From the NCBI GenBank assembly GCA_029933955.1, contig JAOZNE010000004.1, forward strand, positions 1-28,052: DNA of 28,052 nt, given 5' to 3'. The notes under the pieces were generated by a model that was not told the origin of the DNA, made no database searches, and worked only from the letters and a program-made list of their open reading frames with translations. Below are positions 24,987 to 28,052 of the stretch, one piece after another (positions within the stretch are counted from its first letter, which is position 1; the number at the start of each line of letters is the position of its first letter). This DNA is from Phycisphaerae bacterium. Its GTDB lineage: Bacteria; Planctomycetota; Phycisphaerae; SM23-33. The position numbers were made by a program, and so were the translations under genes.

Positions 24987-26936
24987 TCAAACTGATCGGT
25001 CGAAGAGTTTTTGCGCGGTTTTGGCGATGTCCCTGGCGGTCAGGCCTGCCATTTTCAGCGTTTCTTCTGGCGAGCGTGTGCTCTTGGGAGGCTGGGTTAC
25101 GCACATCGTTTCGACCATTACGCCGAAGTCGCTCTTGGCTGCGGCTGCAGCTATCTCGTCGCCGAACCCGCCGGTAAAATTGTCCTCGATAACCAGTATC
25201 TGTCCGCGATTATCGTCGCCAATCCGGAGAATCTCATCAGTCGCCAACGGCAGTGCATAAGCGTCGATTAGGCTGACGCTCAGGCCGGCCTGGTCTTCGA
25301 TCATTTTGGCAGCCTGTCGCGCGACGGAGACCATATACCCGCTTGCCACGATAAGCAAATCCTCGCCGTCGAGGAGCAGCTTGTATCCGTCGAGCGAAAA
25401 TTCCTCGTTCTCTTTGTAGATAAACGGCACGTTTGGGCGGTGCGTCCGCATATAGCACATGCCGTCGATATTGGCCATCAGCTCGGTCAGCTTGAATGTG
25501 CTGATAGCGTCGGACGGCTGGAACAGGCGGATAGCGGGCTGGCCATCGGCTCGGGTTGCATGGGCGAAGCTGCGGAAGAACGCCACGTCGGGCAGCCCCA
25601 TTTGGCTTGGCCCGTCCGCGGCCAGGCTGATGCCCGCGTGCGAGCCTACTATTTTGACGTTCGAGTTCGTTATCGACGCCATCTCGATTTGGTCGTATGC
25701 CCGGACGATGAACTTGGCGAAGCTCGACGCGAACGGGATTTTCCCGCCACTGGCCAGGCCCACCGCAGCGGATATCATGTTCTGCTCCGCTATCTTGGCT
25801 TCGAAGAATCGCTCGGGGTATACCTCCTCGAACATGTTCGCAAAGGTCGAGCCTTTCACGTCGGCGTCCAGGCTGACTATCCTGCTGTCCGCTCCCATAG
25901 CTGCCATCGCTGCGCCCCAGGCCTGGCGGGTGGAGAGCTTCTTTTTCTCCAACGCCTTGTCAAGCCCGGCAGCCCGGAGAGCCTCGGCGAACGAACCAGC
26001 TGAGATATCCCCGACGCTGTGTTGCGTAGCTGGGAGAGGCTCTTTCAGCTCGTCGATGTCCTCGTCAGCCAAGTCCGCTACGCCCAGTTCCTCAGCCTTG
26101 ACGTCAAGCTCCCCCAGGGCACTGGCCAGGTCGTCCTGCCCCAACGCCTTGCCGTGGGATGTGGTTTTTTGCAGCTCAGCCACGCCCCAACCCTTGACGG
26201 TTTTGGCGACGATAGCGATGGGCCTGCTGCCAGGCTCAGCTGCGGTGGCTTCGAAAATATCGTGCCAGTCGTGGCCATTGATTGTGCGGACTTCAAAACC
26301 AAACGCTTCGAGCTTCCGCCCCAGTGCGTCAGCTTGCTGTTGCGGCGAGACATAGTCGCTCTGCCCCTGGCCGTTGCAGTTGAAAATCGCGCGCACGGCG
26401 GTGAGTTTGTGGTCGACGATAAAGTCCAGCGCCTCGGAGACCTGGCCTTCTCTGCTCTCGCCGTCGCCACAGATGCAGAAGAATTTTCGGTCGCTGCCGT
26501 CGAGCCTGGCTGCCAGCGCAAGCCCCGCTGCGACGGAAAGTCCCTGTCCCAGCGAGCCTGTCGCCGCGTCGAAAAGCGGCATGCCGATGGCGGGGTTCGG
26601 GTGGCCATCCAATACGCTGTCAGCTGCCCGCAGGCTCACAGCGTCGTTGAACCGCAGCTGGGACGCCTGCTCGGGGAAACCCACAATGCCCCCCAGGTCG
26701 CAGTAGGCAGCGTAAATAATCGGCACGGCATGGCCTTCGGATAGAATCAGCCTGTCCGAACCCGCATTCCAGGGGTTTTTCGGGTCGTATCGCATCTGGC
26801 GATACATCAGGGCTGTTACGATATGAGCCAGCGACAACGAGCTGGAAGGGTGCCCCGTGCCAGCTTCGCTGCACATCCGCACCACCTGCTTGGCCAACTT
26901 TATGAGTTTTCGATCCAGTGCTTTATATTTAGCCAT
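24987..26936 (-). CDS. tkt: Transketolase (single-chain, animal TKT-like subtype)
   Basis: Start MAKYK at 26936 after GGAG; GHPSS, GHA, GHP, ATGSLGQG, GDGE, IAEQNM, SHAGISLAADGPSQM. Confidence 0.93.
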   Translation of the reverse strand: MAKYKALDRKLIKLAKQVVRMCSEAGTGHPSSSLSLAHIVTALMYRQMRYDPKNPWNAGSDRLILSEGHAVPIIYAAYCDLGGIVGFPEQASQLRFNDAVSLRAADSVLDGHPNPAIGMPLFDAATGSLGQGLSVAAGLALAARLDGSDRKFFCICGDGESREGQVSEALDFIVDHKLTAVRAIFNCNGQGQSDYVSPQQQADALGRKLEAFGFEVRTINGHDWHDIFEATAAEPGSRPIAIVAKTVKGWGVAELQKTTSHGKALGQDDLASALGELDVKAEELGVADLADEDIDELKEPLPATQHSVGDISAGSFAEALRAAGLDKALEKKKLSTRQAWGAAMAAMGADSRIVSLDADVKGSTFANMFEEVYPERFFEAKIAEQNMISAAVGLASGGKIPFASSFAKFIVRAYDQIEMASITNSNVKIVGSHAGISLAADGPSQMGLPDVAFFRSFAHATRADGQPAIRLFQPSDAISTFKLTELMANIDGMCYMRTHRPNVPFIYKENEEFSLDGYKLLLDGEDLLIVASGYMVSVARQAAKMIEDQAGLSVSLIDAYALPLATDEILRIGDDNRGQILVIEDNFTGGFGDEIAAAAAKSDFGVMVETMCVTQPPKSTRSPEETLKMAGLTARDIAKTAQKLFDRSV

Positions 26937-27037
26937 CTTGTAAGTTTCTCCTGATTGTATAGTCGTGGTAAGATATCGTTCTATCAAAGATTTGGTACCT
27001 TACCGCACAGAGGCCAAAAACGCAATAACCAAAAAAA

Positions 27038-27140
27038 GGCGGCAAGAGGTGAGAGGTGGGGCGGGAGACGGGGCAATTTCGGATTTTAGATTTCGGATTG
27101 GGGCTGTTCGGGACACAATCCGAAATCAAAAATCCGAAAT
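27038..27140. repeat. Heptamer tract plus 25-bp-arm inverted repeat
   Basis: AGAGGTG AGAGGTG tract; ATTTCGGATTTTAGATTTCGGATTG (27076-27100) pairs with 27116-27140 at 24 of 25 positions. Confidence 0.85.
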
Positions 27141-27155
27141 AACTTCCCCCGCGTG

Positions 27156-28052
27156 TTAGGTGGCGTCGTGATGGTTGGCTTCGCCGTTTTGTTTTTTGTT
27201 GGCGTTTTCCTTGTCCTGGCTGGGGTATGCGATTCGTCCGTGATACATGCCGCACAGGCTCTTGACGAGCGAATCCTCTATCTGGTGCACTTCCCGGAGC
27301 GTCAATTCGCAATCGTCAAATTGGCCATCTTCCAGCCGAGATGTTACCACAGCGTGAACCTGCGCCGCAATCCGCGTTGGCGTAGGCTCGGACATCGCCC
27401 GGATGGAAGACTCCGCCGCGTCGGCAAGCATGAGGATAGCAGCTTCCTTCGAGTGGGGCTTCGGGCCTGGGTAGCGGAACTGACTTTCGTCCGGAGCTGG
27501 AGCTTTGTCCGTCTCGCTTTGTTGCGTTGCGGTGTGATAAAAATACTGCACCAGCGTCGTGCCATGATGCGTGCCGATAAACTCCCACAGGGCGACGGGC
27601 AGGTTGTATTTCCGAGCCAGCTCAAGCCCGTCTTTGACATGGCCCAGGATAATCAGCACGCTCATAGCTGGGTTGAGTTTTTCGTGTTTGTTCTCGCCAG
27701 CCTGGTTTTCGGTAAAATACTCGGGCTTGTTTATCTTGCCGATGTCGTGATAGTAGGCTCCGACCCGGGCAAGCAAGCCTCGCGCGCCGATGGTCTCCGC
27801 AGCGGCTCCGCACATGGCTCCCAGCTGCAGCGAGTGGTTGTACGTTCCGGGCGACTCCATCGCAAGTCGCTTGAGCAGGGGCTTGGACGCGTCGCACCAT
27901 TCCAGCAGCGTGCTGCCCGTCGCTACGCCAAAGATGTGCTCGATGGCTGGGAGCAAGCCCTGCACCAACAGCCCCGCCAGCAAAGCTCCCGCAGCAGACC
28001 AGAGACATTCGCCCAGCGAGAACCGCCAGAGCACCCCCGCCTGGGTTGCCAT
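27156..28052 (-). CDS. HDIG-domain membrane phosphohydrolase (PgpH/7TM-HD-like), 5'-partial
   Basis: PGTYNHS, YYHDIGKINKPEYFTENQ, HHGT, YPGPKP, MLADAAES; the start lies outside the window. Confidence 0.9.
   Translation of the reverse strand: MATQAGVLWRFSLGECLWSAAGALLAGLLVQGLLPAIEHIFGVATGSTLLEWCDASKPLLKRLAMESPGTYNHSLQLGAMCGAAAETIGARGLLARVGAYYHDIGKINKPEYFTENQAGENKHEKLNPAMSVLIILGHVKDGLELARKYNLPVALWEFIGTHHGTTLVQYFYHTATQQSETDKAPAPDESQFRYPGPKPHSKEAAILMLADAAESSIRAMSEPTPTRIAAQVHAVVTSRLEDGQFDDCELTLREVHQIEDSLVKSLCGMYHGRIAYPSQDKENANKKQNGEANHHDAT

Noticed and set aside
326-26355. Long + strand ORFs (326-1165, 2770-3606, 4672-5850, 7790-8812, 9454-10395, 13264-14097, 17140-18393, 25459-26355)
   Set aside because: All lie antisense to well-supported minus-strand genes and show no family motifs; typical of GC-rich DNA.
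26937-26987. 17-aa N-terminal extension of transketolase in the ORF track
   Set aside because: It contains the GGAG RBS for ATG 26936 and lies outside the conserved domain.

Overview
A 28 kb window of GC-rich bacterial chromosome, most likely a planctomycete. That assignment is inferred from gene content: an N-terminally extended sigma-70, an endonuclease III-like protein, a tandem CNNM pair, an animal-type transketolase and nusA-infB-rbfA without rimP. Almost all genes lie on the minus strand. In window order: a degenerate HhH-GPD (endonuclease III-like) protein with a histone-H1-like tail (missed by the ORF track, runs off the left edge), rbfA, infB, nusA, a solitary prepilin, a REC-GGDEF diguanylate cyclase, a hybrid PAS kinase, ispF (+), an extended sigma-70, a coiled-coil lipoprotein, a GT2 glycosyltransferase, larC, two CNNM/CBS genes, a MazG-like gene, DUF4282, a divergent ychF (+), a hypothetical gene, a frameshifted DUF2442, transketolase and a partial HD phosphohydrolase. 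Three non-coding signals stand out. (1) A complete integron gene cassette with a textbook attC, a matching GTTATGC/GCATAAC core and an upstream Pc-like promoter, but no integrase in the window. (2) An orphan DUF2442 gene bracketed by 28-bp direct repeats. (3) A dense set of intergenic repeats: GTAACCGTTCAC-ended MITE-like elements, ACCACG-headed 9-10-mer blocks that supply start or stop codons, and 7/8-mer tracts just 3' of about ten stop codons. All calls come from reading motifs by eye; no database search was run.
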